A stretch of 64,000 bases of DNA. Source: the human T2T-CHM13v2.0 reference genome, Homo sapiens. The stretch lies in NCBI RefSeq assembly GCF_009914755.1, contig NC_060944.1, one strand, 5' to 3'. The notes below the pieces were generated by a model. That model saw only the letters and a list, made by a program, of their open reading frames with translations. It ran no database searches and was not told the origin of the DNA. A program made the position numbers and the translations under genes. Below, piece after piece: positions 15,246-31,743 of the stretch. Numbering within the stretch: position 1 is the first letter of the stretch; every line of letters begins with the position of its first letter.

Positions 15246-15799
15246 TGGGTTTACTTAATCACCAGGGAGACAAAGTAGATAATAAGCACAAAGTAGATAA
15301 TAAGCAAAAGAAGCCAAAAAAACTTCTGTGTGTCCTGCAACACTAAAGAACATAAAGAATCAAAGAGCTTTATTTTTCATCTAACTCAGTTTGGTAAGAT
15401 TCCAATTTAGAAGCTAAGGTAAAGGAAAACTGACTTCCTATGGTACAATTTAAATTCAGTATAAATTCAGTGCTTGCCCAAGTAGAATGTCCAGCTGTGG
15501 GTACGGAGCAAAGGTGTCAGTAAACTGTATTCACACCCAGGGCACTTAAGAGACGTTATTTTTTGAGACTTGCAATTGATATGCTTTGCACTGTAGGGGC
15601 CACGTGGGAATTTCCACCTGAGAAGCATTTGTTGTTAAGCACTTTTTTCCCCTGTCTTTGCTTCAGATTGTATACCTTCCAGGGACAGATATCAGTATTA
15701 TACATAGCTCTTTGTATATTTTGGGGGGTGACTGAGAAACATATTTCATTACATGTAACTTGCTGGCCATCCCAAATATTACAGTAACAATAACCGGTA

Positions 15800-16693
15800 C
15801 AGCTTGGGTATCCCATATCTGAAATGCTCAGGACCAGAAGTGTTTTGAATTTCAAATGTTTTCAGGTTTTGGAATACTTGCATATACATCGTGAGATATC
15901 TCGGAGGATGGAACCCAAGCCCAAACAAGAAATTCACTTATGTTCCATATACACCTTATACATGTAGCCTGAAGGTAATTTTATACACTATTTTAAATAG
16001 TTTTGTGCATGAAATAAAGGTTTTGTACATTAAACAATCAGAAAGCAAATGTGTCACTACACTATCTCAAGCCCATGTGGCCAATCTTTGACCACTATCA
16101 TCCCTGTCTCTGAATTTATATGTTACTGATGAGCAATCATCTTCTTACACTTATTCACACCTAAGTACCTAGTAAAAAAATTGACAAACCATTAATACAG
16201 TAAAAAAAATAATGTGTTCAGGATAACTAAGCAGCAAAGTAGCATCACCAGATTACTTGTATTTTATCACTATTACCCATAGAGGTATCTGTAGGCCTTT
16301 TTGACATTTTCAACAATATCTTTACAGAGCAGAGAATAAGCAAAAAGTAATGCATGCAGGTCTTGGCTTCATGTGGGACATCATGGGGAACCTATTGTTG
16401 GCATTTCTGGCCAGCATACGTGCCATTTTATTAATTGTTCTGGGCAATGCTTACAGGAGGGAGTCTGGATAAGGGCAGAAAATATATATTGCAACTGAAG
16501 GGGCCTGAGAGGGTCTTTTTTTCCCCTTGGAGAAGCCGAATAAACTGTGTGTTGTGCACCTGCATTTTGACGGTGACTCGTCACATGTGATCAGGAGTGG
16601 AATTTTCCACTGTGGCATCACATCATCACTCAAAAAGTTTCAGATTTTGAAGCATTCAGATTTTGGAGTTTTGGATTCAGGATGCTCAATTTG
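15800..16693. mobile_element. Tigger4/Zombi-type TcMar element, internally deleted
   Basis: TIRs cagcttgggtatcccatatctgaaatgc / ttcaggatgctcaatttg, flanked by TA. Confidence 0.75.
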
Positions 16694-16803
16694 TATTTCT
16701 GTTTTTAATCTAGCAGTTACACTGAGGGCCAAGACTCTATGTTAAATGCCCACCATATATTATCTGATTTAAACATCACAGTGATGCTGCAGGGAAGGCC
16801 CTG

Positions 16804-16975
16804 CAGTGGCCATTCTCAATGCTGGCTGCACATTAGGGCCCCCTGAGCAGCTCATGAGATTCCGGAAACCCAGGCTGCACCCAGTCCAGTTAATCAGAAT
16901 CTCTGAGGGTGGGATCCAGGCCCCTCATTTTTTAAAGCTTCCAGGATTTTCTATCACACAGCCAGGGTTGAGCCT
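16804..16975. mobile_element. MER5B-like hAT-Charlie MITE
   Basis: ttctcaatgctggctgcacattag...aatcagaatctctg...cagccagggttgag. Confidence 0.65.
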
Positions 16976-17024
16976 AGATTCATCTGATTCCAAGCCCAGA
17001 TATTTTTGCCTGCTGAGTAAGTAG

Positions 17025-17489
<465 letters not shown>

Positions 17490-17807
17490 TAATACCAATG
17501 ATAATCTGACATTGTTTCTACTGAAAATAAACATTACTGTTATTGGCATTTTACTTTTGTTTTTATTAGATTTTTTATTTTTATTTTTTTAATGGGGTGA
17601 GGGAGGTGTCTTTATAAGTAACAGTGATAGTAATTTTGCAATACTAATTTTGATAACTAAGAATGTATCATTTTATATACCAGGAATTTTATGGACTTTG
17701 CCTTGCATGTTTTGTGACATTTTTTCGGGGAAGATTCTATTATCAGGAGGAAACTGAGGCTTACTTTCTGCAAAGACACAGCCCTGACATTTAAGCCCAA
17801 ATCTGTG

Positions 17808-18124
17808 TTATTTTATTTTATTTTAGAGGCAGAATCTTGCTCTGTTACCCAGGCTAGAATGCAGTGGTACAAACATAGCTCACTGCAGCCTCAACCTCCT
17901 GGGCTCAAGTGATCCTCCACCCTCAGCCTCCTAAGTAGCTGAGAGTAGAGCTGTGCACCACCATTCCCAGTTAATTTAATTTTTTGTTATAGACAGGGTC
18001 TTGCTATATTGCCCACGCTGGTCTTGAACACCCTGCCTCAAGCAATACTTCTGGCCTCAAGCAATCCTCCACCTCAACCTCCCGAAGTGCTAGGACTACA
18101 GGCATGAACCCTCATGCCTAGCCC
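17808..18124 (-). mobile_element. AluJ
   Basis: Diverged dimer with a small internal duplication of cctcaagcaat. Confidence 0.85.
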
Positions 18125-18322
18125 AGATCCATGTTATTTTAGGACATCAGTTTATAGCTTCTGTTTGATGTATTCTAAACTCGACCGAAAATAAAACTCT
18201 CTTGAGAAACTTGTTGCCCTCCTGAAAATTCTGTCTGGAATGGGACTTAGCAATAGGATTTTTAAGTTTGGTCCATGGTGTTCCTGGGCTACTCCACCAC
18301 GCTACAATACATTGCCTTCAAT

Positions 18323-18481
18323 CAGGGCTTCTCAAACACTCATGTGCTTGCAAGTCATTGGGGATCTGGTTAAAATGCAGAACCTGATGAAGTAGGTTAG
18401 GGGCGGTCCTGAGATTCTGCATCCCTACCTAGTTCCCAGGAGATGTGATGCTTCTGGTCCACAAACCACATTTTGAGTAGC
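18323..18481. mobile_element. MER5A-like MITE
   Basis: cagggcttctcaaac...ttaaaatgcaga...ctgagattctgcat...accacattttgagtagc. Confidence 0.7.
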
Positions 18482-19240
18482 CACTTAGTGCCTGGTAACT
18501 TAAGTTTTCTGAGAGCAAAGTTCTGAGAGCACTGTTGATTCTCCACTCATTGTAGTGTCTTTTTGCACATTGACTTGCAAAAGCTCCTTAGTATATCTTT
18601 GAGGAAACCAAAAAAAAAAAAGCACTTTTAAGACAATGACATCAATATGAACTCAGTGCTTTAAGTGCATTTTATAAATAGCACAGCAGATAAATCACCT
18701 CTTTTAGAAAGAAAATATTTAACCAAGTGTACCTTGTCTCCATTAGACACTAAGCACATCTCTAATTCATTCTTAGATAACAGAGTTCCTTACCCAAATT
18801 AGGTGTTTAAAAAGGCATTTCTTAAAGGAATAAATCATTTTACAAACTTTTGAATTGTTTTTAAATTTTGCATCCCATATTCTAACACCGAGGTGCCTTT
18901 TTAAAGATGCATCTGTGAATTTTCATTCAAAAGTATATATAGACTACATAACATATGCATCTTAGGTGTAATACAAAGACATAGAATATTTAAAGGCAAT
19001 TAATATGTCTATACAAAATATTTATTTATTTTTTTATTATACTTTAAGTTTTAGGGTACATGTGCACATTGTGCAGGTTAGTTACATATGTATACATGTG
19101 CCATGCTGGTACGCTGCACCCACTAACTTGTCATCTAGCATTAGGTATATCTCCCAGTGCTATCCCTCCCCCCTCCCCCCACCCCACAACAGTCCCCAGA
19201 GTGTGATATTCCGCTTCCTGTGTCCATGTGATCTCATTGT

Positions 19241-23063
<3,823 letters not shown>

Positions 23064-23126
23064 TATGATGTTAGCTCGTTATTTTGCTCGTTAGTTGATG
23101 CAGTTTCTTCCTAGTCTCGATGGTCT

Positions 23127-24143
23127 TTACATTTTGGCATGATTTTGCAGCAGCTGGTACCGGTTGTTCCTTTCCATGTTTAGCGCTTCCTTCAGGAGCT
23201 CTTTTAGGGCAGGCCTGGTGGTGACAAAATCTCTCAGCATTTGCTTGTCTGTAAAGTATTTTATTTCTCCTTCACTTATGAAGCTTAGTTTGGCTGGATA
23301 TGAAATTCTGGGTTGAAAATTCTTTTCTTTAAGAATGTTGAATATTGGCCCCCACTCTCTTCTGGCTTGTAGGGTTTCTGCTGAGAGATCCGCTGATAGT
23401 CTGATAGGCTTCCCTTTGAGGGTAACCCGACCTTTCTCTCTGGCTGCCCTTAACATTTTTTCCTTCATTTCAACTTTGGTGAATCTGACAATTGTGTGTC
23501 TTGGAGTTGCTCTTCTCGAGGAGTATCTTTGTGGCGTTCTCTGTATTTCCTGAATCTGAACGTTGGCCTGCCTTGCTAGATTGGGGAAGTTCTCCTGGAT
23601 AATATCCTGCAGAGTGTTTTCCAACTTGGTTCCATTCTCCCCATCACTTTCAGGTACACCAATCAGACGGAGATTTGGTCTTTTCACATAGTCCCATATT
23701 TCTTGGAGGCTTTGCTCATTTCTTTTTATTCTTTTTTCTCTAAACTTCCCTTCTCGCTTCATTTCATTCATTTCATCTTCCATCACTGATACCCTTTCTT
23801 CCAGTTGATCGCATCGGCTCCTGAGGCTTCTGCATTCTTCATGTAGTTCTCGAGCCTTGGTTTTCAGCTCCATCAGCTCCTTTAAGCACTTCTCTGTATT
23901 GGTTATTCTAGTTATACATTCTTCTAAATTTTTTTCAAAGTTTTCAACTTCTTTGCCTTTGGTTTGAATGTCCTCCCGTAGCTCAGAGTAATTTGATCGT
24001 CTGAAGCCTTCTTCTCTCAGCTCGTCAAAGTCATTCTCCATCCAGCTTTGTTCCGTTGCTGGTGAGGAACTGCGTTCCTTTGGAGGAGGAGAGGCGCTCT
24101 GCGTTTTAGAGTTTCCCGTTTTTCTGTTCTGTTTTTTCCCCAT
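23127..24143 (-). CDS. L1 ORF1p, intact 338 aa RNA-binding/chaperone protein
   Basis: MGKKQNRKTGNSK...QNHAKM is full length; REKG, ARR and YPAKLS motifs are present. Confidence 0.95.
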   Translation of the reverse strand: MGKKQNRKTGNSKTQSASPPPKERSSSPATEQSWMENDFDELREEGFRRSNYSELREDIQTKGKEVENFEKNLEECITRITNTEKCLKELMELKTKARELHEECRSLRSRCDQLEERVSVMEDEMNEMKREGKFREKRIKRNEQSLQEIWDYVKRPNLRLIGVPESDGENGTKLENTLQDIIQENFPNLARQANVQIQEIQRTPQRYSSRRATPRHTIVRFTKVEMKEKMLRAAREKGRVTLKGKPIRLSADLSAETLQARREWGPIFNILKEKNFQPRISYPAKLSFISEGEIKYFTDKQMLRDFVTTRPALKELLKEALNMERNNRYQLLQNHAKM

Positions 24144-25050
24144 CTTTGTGGTTTTATCTACTTTTGGTCTTTGATGATGGTGATGTACAGATGGGTTTTT
24201 GGTGTGGATGTCCTTTCTGTTTGTTAGTTTTCCTTCTAACAGACAGGACCCTCAGCTACAGGTCAGTTGGAATACCCTGCCGTGTGAGGTGTCAGTGTGC
24301 CCCTGCTGGGGGGTGCCTCCCAGTTAGGCTGCTCGGGGGTCAGGGGTCAGGGACCCACTTGAGGAGGCAGTCTGCCCGTTCTCAGATCTCCAGCTGCGTG
24401 CTGGGAGAACCACTGCTCTCTTCAAAGCTCTCAGACAGGGACATTTAAGTCTGCAGAGGTTACTGCTGTCTTTTTGTTTGTCTGTGCCCTGCCCCCAGAG
24501 GTGGAGCCTACAGAGGCAGGCAGGCCTCCTTGAGCTGTGGTGGGCTCCACCCAGTTCGCGCTTCCCGGCTGCTTTGTTTACCTAAGCAAGCCTGGGCAAT
24601 GGCGGGCGCCCCTCCCCCAGCCTCGCTGCCGCCTTGCAGTTTGATCTCAGACTGCTGTGCTAGCAACCAGCGAGACTCCGTGGGCGTAGGACCCTCCGAG
24701 CCAGGTAAGGGATGTAATCTCCTGGTGCGCCGTTTTTTAAGCCCGTTGGAAAAGCGCAGTATTCGGGTGGGAGTGACCCGATTTTCCAGGTGCCGTCTGT
24801 CACCCCTTTCTTTGACTCAGAAAGGGAACTCCCTGACCCCTTGCGCTTCCCAAGTGAGGCAATGCCTCGCCCTGCTTCAGCTCGCGCACGGTGCGCGCAC
24901 CCACTGACCTGCGCCCACTGTCTGGCACTCCCTAGTGAGATGAACCCGGTACCTCAGATGGAAATGCAGAAATCACCCGTCTTCTGCGTCGCTCACGCTG
25001 GGAGCTGTAGACCGGAGCTGTTCCTATTCGGCCATCTTGGCTCCTCCCCC
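24144..25050 (-). promoter_or_regulatory. L1 5'UTR: internal sense promoter (- strand) plus antisense promoter (+ strand)
   Basis: CpG-rich 5'UTR complete to position +1. Intact YY1 motif CAAGATGGCCG, seen on + as cggccatcttg at 25029-25039. Confidence 0.85.
24599..24907 (+). CDS. L1 ORF0 homolog (102 aa, C-terminally extended)
   Basis: MAGAPPPASLPPCSLISDCCASNQRDSVGVGPSEP matches the ORF0 N-terminus. ATG at 24599 in a gcaATGg context. Donors follow +106 (24704) and +191 (24789). Confidence 0.65.
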   Translation: MAGAPPPASLPPCSLISDCCASNQRDSVGVGPSEPGKGCNLLVRRFLSPLEKRSIRVGVTRFSRCRLSPLSLTQKGNSLTPCASQVRQCLALLQLAHGARTH

Positions 25051-25142
25051 TGTCTATACAAAATATAAGGAGCAAAAGAAGACTGTTAAGAGGCTAAAAA
25101 TAACCTAAACATGCCAAAGAAGTAGAGAGAAAATTGAGGGTG

Positions 25143-25392
25143 TTTTTAACATTTATTTTAAGTTCAGGGGTATATGCGCAGGTTTGTTACATAGGTAAAC
25201 TTGTGTCATGGGGGTTTGTTAATACAGATGATTTCATCTCCGAGGTATTAAGCCTAGTACCCATTAGTTATTTTTCTTGATCCTCTTTCTCCTCCCACCC
25301 TGCACCCTCTGATAGGTCCCAGTGTGTGTTGTTTCCCTCTATGTGTCTATGTGTTCTCATTATTTAGCTCCCACTTATAAGTGAGAACGTGT
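25143..25392 (-). mobile_element. Older L1PA 3' fragment
   Basis: ttcaggggtatatgcgcaggtttgttacataggtaaac...cccacttataagtgagaac. Confidence 0.85.
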
Positions 25393-27474
25393 GAGTTGGT
25401 TTTTAATTTATTTCCCTGACTTGTGATACCCATTGTGAAAATGTATATTATGGGTTTAAAAATAATAATGGTAATAACAGAAATGTTAAAAGCTAACATT
25501 TCTTGAGCACTTTCTATGTGCTAATTTGTACTGATCACTGACTGAGCCCTTGTGTAGATGAGGAAGTGGAAGAGTTGAGTGACTGCCCCCACTAGCATGG
25601 CTGTGATGTGCAAAGCCAGGACTCACCCAGGTTATTCATTCCTAAACTAGAACACCTCTGAGCAAGTTTTCTTTGCACTTGAGTAAAGCAGATGGATTAA
25701 TGTTTGCTAGAAAGCTACCAGACATTGATAGAGAGCCAAGTTTGCAATGGAAAATTTGTCTAAACCTGCTAGTGTTAACTGGTATGATCTCCCCTTGTTT
25801 TGAGACCAGGCTTGTTCTGGAAGTGTTGCGGCTGTTTTCTTCTACAGCTCTATCAATCCCTTCCTCTTTCCCTCCCTTGCAGCACCAACACCTTCACCAT
25901 CATCACCCTTTTATCTCTTAGGTCTTGATGGCTTCCACATTTTAGGATATCTGATGGTCCTCCAATGTCACTTAATGTATTTTCCATTGGGCAGCATCTT
26001 CTCTAGCCTCAGATAAGAATTAAAGTTCTCTCATGAGACTAGTTTGAAAAGCTGAACCTATGAGACAAAGTATAATTTTCCAATACCCATAATGATGGAT
26101 ATTCTAAATAAAGAAGAGTATATGACACCAACACCAAGTTTTTTTTTTAATCAAAAGCAAGGTTGACTCTTGGTATTCCTAGAATAGAGGCTTTTATAAC
26201 AGACCTTAAACTGCCTTAATTTAAAGCAGGTGTATAAAATACAAAATGGTATTTAAAGAGGTGTAGAGATATTAATTAAAATAGGCTTGCTGAAATGCCA
26301 GGGATATCATCACTTCTGAAAATTGAATTAAGCCCTGAATGTCAATGGTGAATTAACATGAATAGACTTATCTATCCCTGTCCAAATATATTTTATCCAC
26401 AAGCTGTGTAATACACGATGATTAACCAGAGGTTACAGATTCTAGCTGAAACCCAATCAAATTCTTCAGAATCCTAATTGAGGAATGCATTCAGGTCAAA
26501 GAATATTAACAGAAAAGCCTCTGTCATTTAAAGGGCAAGCAGAGTGAGTGCTTAAAAGTGTTCAAAATTTTGCTTAATTGTTCTCTTCTTGAGCTATTGT
26601 TCTTGATGATTTAGAAAACCTGTGTGCTGCAAGTTTAACTGCTTTAATTACAGTGATGTCAAATACATAGGCCTTTCTATTTAAAGGGATTTTAATTTCT
26701 GTGGCTTATGAAAGAGAAACTGAAAGCATAGTTAAAAGTGAATATGTTAGTTGAGAAAGTTCCTGTTCTTACCAAGCAATAAAATTTTCCTAAATGGATG
26801 TTTGAAGGAGAGCTGGTGTTCAGAGGTGTGGTTCAGTTGAAGCTCCTCTGGTAGAAGCCCAGCATTTTGTCTGTCTAGTTTTTTTGTCCTTAGCATTGCT
26901 TACTTTTGTAAAGCCCCAGATATATATAACTCATTGTTAAAGTATCACATGGTTTGTACAGCAGGATGATTTGCATTATATGAAGGACACCGAAACACAG
27001 AAAATGAAAGGTCTACGGTGTATGACAAACAGGACAAATGCTCTAGCAAAAATAAATTCTACTTTCTCTCAAAATTAGCATACTTGTTATTTAAAGAAAT
27101 GTGCCAGAAGAGAAATACAAGATTTTCTTTTCTTTTTTCTCATTGACTTTAACTCTCTCTGAATGGCACCTATAACTAAAAATACATCTCGGGAATCAAG
27201 TAACCCTCTTTTATATACATCCCTCTAAATCTATGGCTAAGTTCAATGTTTAAGGTTGTCAAAGTGGCTCCCATCCAAAATCGGGTTAACATTTGCACTT
27301 TGCCTAAAGTGGGACTCCTAGATAAAATTCAAACGACCTTTCTGGTAATCCCAGCGTGTGGGTTTTAGCATCACCAGCTGGCTCCAAATGGGCCACTGCT
27401 CTCTCTACAAAGAGGAGGGAGCCTTCAACACAGGGGCCATGCTTGTCCATTCAACTGTGTCTAAATTCACAGAT

Positions 27475-27650
27475 CAGTGTTTCTCTCAGTCCCTAGACCA
27501 GCAACATCAGCATCCCTTGGGAACTTGTTAGAAATGCAGAGTCTCAGGCCTTGCCTCACCGAATCAGCACCTCTGGGGTTGGACCTAGCAATGTGTGTTT
27601 TAACAAATCCTCCAGGTAATTCTGATGCACACCTAAGTTTGAGAACCACT
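27475..27650. mobile_element. MER5A
   Basis: accagcaacatcagcatcccttgggaacttgttagaaatgcaga...aagtttgagaaccact. Confidence 0.8.
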
Positions 27651-27893
27651 TTTGTAAATGTGTGTTTCAACTTGACACTAACCAATAATTCTACCACTTA
27701 ACATTAACAGCTTTCAATTTTATGATCCTTTGTGTTGGACAGGTCAAAGTGGGTGATTTCAACTGCTTAATGGGTACAGAATTTTATTTTGGGGTGTTAA
27801 TAATATTTTGGAACTAGATAGAGGTGGTGGTTGCACAACCTTGTGAATGTACTAAATGCCACTGGATTCTTCACTTTAACAATGAGTACTATT

Positions 27894-28216
<323 letters not shown>

Positions 28217-29571
28217 TTATGTTATGTAAATTTCACCTTGTTTTTAAAAATATGTAATATAAATGAAACTCAAGTGTTTTAGATATGCCAGTCTAAAGAA
28301 ATCTGCAAATTAAACAATTTCCAATTCTTAATCATTCTTATTTTGAGTACATCCTAATTCTTTTTTTACACATATGATATGATGCATTCTAATTATACAA
28401 TTACTAAGGTTTCCCAAGTAAACATATAAAACAGAGTATCTGTAAAGCTGTGATTTGAGTGCTTTTCATGGAAAGTTTCTCATTAGAATTTCTTGATCAG
28501 CCAAACAACAGTTTTCAACTACAAGCAAAACAAGGGAAAGCATTATTTGGTTGTCTGTCATTGCTAGGGTGAAGACTATAAAAGAGGCAGGAAGAGTAAA
28601 AACCAGGCTTTTAAAATTAAATTTCAGGCAATATCTTATAGTACCTCCACCCTCATGTTGGGCAATTCAAGAGGTCTATTCACATTGCATTGTATGAATA
28701 GAATTTTATTTCTTTTGAAATGTAATATAGAATATTTTATTTTATAATATGATCTGAGGATGCCTCCTGGAATTGTGCAACACAAAGGTCTTGGGTGTTG
28801 TCCTTTCTGGGTAGAGGGTTTGTTAGCTACTGAATATATTTGTTATAAATATCACTGGGGATTTTTTTAAGTAAATTTATTTTTTAAAAAACCCTAATCC
28901 TATGAAGTTTCACTAAATGTAAAAAACATAAATCAATTAAGGCTTGAAGTAACATTTTATTTTACTGTATAACCCTGTAATCCCACACACACACATCTAT
29001 TATAGACATAATACATTACTATATAGAATACTGGAAAATATCGTAAAATACATTAAAAAAACAATTTCCCTTACTCTCAGAACTGAGAAGTAAAATCTGT
29101 TGTATCTTGTGAGAGTATATATGTATGTGTGAACACATATCACACATATATAGAGTACAGTTAATAACAAACAGCATATTCCATTTTAAAACCTATTTTC
29201 CCTTACCATATCAGATTTTTTTTCTTAACGAGAAATATTCTTCTACAATATCAATATCATTTGAAGGCCATATAGTATTTCCACTTATAGACGTAGTTCA
29301 CTTGATTAATTTTGAATTCCCCTTAATTGAACACACTTAATACTTCATTTTTCTTTAAAATATAACAACCTTACCCCTATATTTTGTGCTTTTGCTGATT
29401 ACTTGTCAAATATATTTATTTGTGGTATCTCTTTTTATACTAGAAACATCAACCTCTTTGTCAAATTGTTCTTCCAGTTTATTGTATTTTTGTTAATTTT
29501 GATTTTAACATGTATTTTATGTTTGGTGTTTTCTTTTTTTTTTTTTTTTTTAAAGAAAAAAGCTCTCATTC

Positions 29572-30020
29572 TTTTTTAAAAAATAGATTCAGGGTATATG
29601 TGCAGATTTGTTACATGGACAAGTTTCATAATGCTGAGGTTTAGGCTTCTAGTGTACCCACCACCCAAAAAGTGAATATCATATCCAATAGGTAATTTTT
29701 CAACGTTCACTCTCCTCTCATCCTCCCCACATGAGGAGTCCCCAGTGTCTATTATTGTCATCTTTCTGTCCATGTGTACCCATGGTTTAGCTCTCGCTTG
29801 TAAGTGAGAACATGTGGTATATGATTTTCTGTTTCTGAGTTATTTCTTTTAGGATAATGGCCTCCAGCTTCATCCATTTCATCCATTTTACTGCACAAGA
29901 CATGATTTCATTCTTTTCATGGCTGTGTAGTATTCCACAGTGCACATATAGTACATTTTCTTTATTCAGTTATCCATTGATGGGCACTTGGCTTGATTCC
30001 ATGACTTTGCTATTGTAAAC
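29572..30020 (-). mobile_element. L1PA/L1PB 3' fragment
   Basis: gattcagggtatatgtgcagatttgttacatgg...gattccatgactttgctattgtaaa. Confidence 0.8.
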
Positions 30021-30979
30021 ATTTTATGTTCAGTGTTCTCTTTCATAGTGTTGCCTTCCTATTCCAATATTATGTACAAATTTTCCTATAGTTTCATCAT
30101 CATGGTTTTGTTGTTTACATTTAACGCTTTATTTGAACATCAATGTGATCTGTGAGATAGTAAAAAGACCTAAGTCAATTTTTCCAAACAGTTAAAACAT
30201 GTTTTTATCATTTATTAAATAACACAGTACTTTCTCCATGGATTTGCAAAATAAGATTATCCAACCAGGAGCATAAACAGAGCAAGTTATTTAACCTCTC
30301 TGTGCCTTCATTTCCTCCTCTAAAAGAAGAAAGCCAGTAACAGCATCTCCCTCAAAAAACTGATAAAAAAAAATCCACAAGGTGCCTGACACGGAATAAA
30401 CTTCATCAATATTATATGACAACCACTAGTATGATTACAATTATTATTAGTGCCCTAATGCTACCACTAGTATGATTACAATTATTATTAGTGCCCTATC
30501 TACCCAACTCAATATGCTAGTGTCTTTTTTAGGATATTTACAATTATATTTGTAAGTGAGATGGCCTATGTTGTCTGTGCTTACATCAATTCTGTCAGGC
30601 TTTGAATGAGGGACTTGATGGCTTCATAAAATTAAAAAGTTCTGCATCTGTTTATTTTATTACTAAATGTAGAATTTATCCTTGTTGTGATAGATTGACA
30701 GAATTTCTCTCAAACCTTTATGAGCCCTAAACATTTCTTTAAAACAACACTTGGAAAAGTATTTCAAGGTCTTTCTTAATTTTTGATCTGTTGTTAAAAA
30801 TTTCCCTTTCTTTTGGATCAGTTTTGGTAATTGCTACAATTCTAGAATGAATTGTTGGGGAGCATGCCTAAAAGTAGACACCAATAAGGGAGTTGCTCTA
30901 ACAGTTTAGGCAGGAGATGGTTCCCAATTCTAAATCCATAGCTTTCCCTAATATCGGGCTTGATAAATAACAACACAGT

Positions 30980-31743
30980 ACCCCCCATTTATAATGCCAA
31001 AACCAGGGAATTCTCCTGAATTTCTTTCTTTCCCTTAGCACCATTTACCACAGTCCCACATCCCATTCCTCAGCCAGGCCTGTTGCCTCCATATCCAAAT
31101 TACATCCAACGCATCCACTTCTCTCCATCTCCATAGACCTCACATTAGTCCAACCTCCATGAAATAGACTCAGTTGAAATAGCATCTTAATTGGCTTCCT
31201 GCCTCCAGTTTTGCACATTGGCAGACAAAGTGATCTTCCAAAAATATAAATTAAATCATTTCACTCCCCTGCATTAAACCTAATGGACTTCTTTTGTGTT
31301 TCAAATAGAAATCTAAACTCCATCCCTCTAAGAGCCCTTGTGACTTGGATTAGAATTTGCCCTTTGCCCCAACCACCTCATCACAGATCACTGTGCCGCT
31401 CTCTTGCTATGTTCCAGCCTCTCTGGACTCTGTGTTCCTGGAGCAAGCCAATCCGTTCCCACCCCAAGGTATCAGCACCTCCTGGAACTTTCTTCTCTTC
31501 TCCAGACTTTGGTGTAGCCCCTTTTTCTTTTATCTAATGTTCCTACCCCAATCCACTCATTATTTTACCTTACCCCATTTTATTTTCATCATTGACTTCT
31601 TCTCTGAAATGTTCTTGTTCATTACAGTTGTGTGTTTATTGCTCTTCTACCTGTAAGCATTATATGCATTATTTACATGTGCCTGACACATGTTTTGCCT
31701 TCATTAAATATGTATTGCATGAATGAGTGAGTGAATGAATGGA
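30980..31743 (+). mobile_element. L2
   Basis: Degenerate L2 ending tgcctgacaca...attaaatatgtattgcatgaatgagtgagtgaatgaat. Confidence 0.6.

Noticed and set aside
15270-15305. 18-bp tandem duplication (also a 15-bp one at 6958-6987)
   Set aside because: Ordinary slippage events with no further structure.
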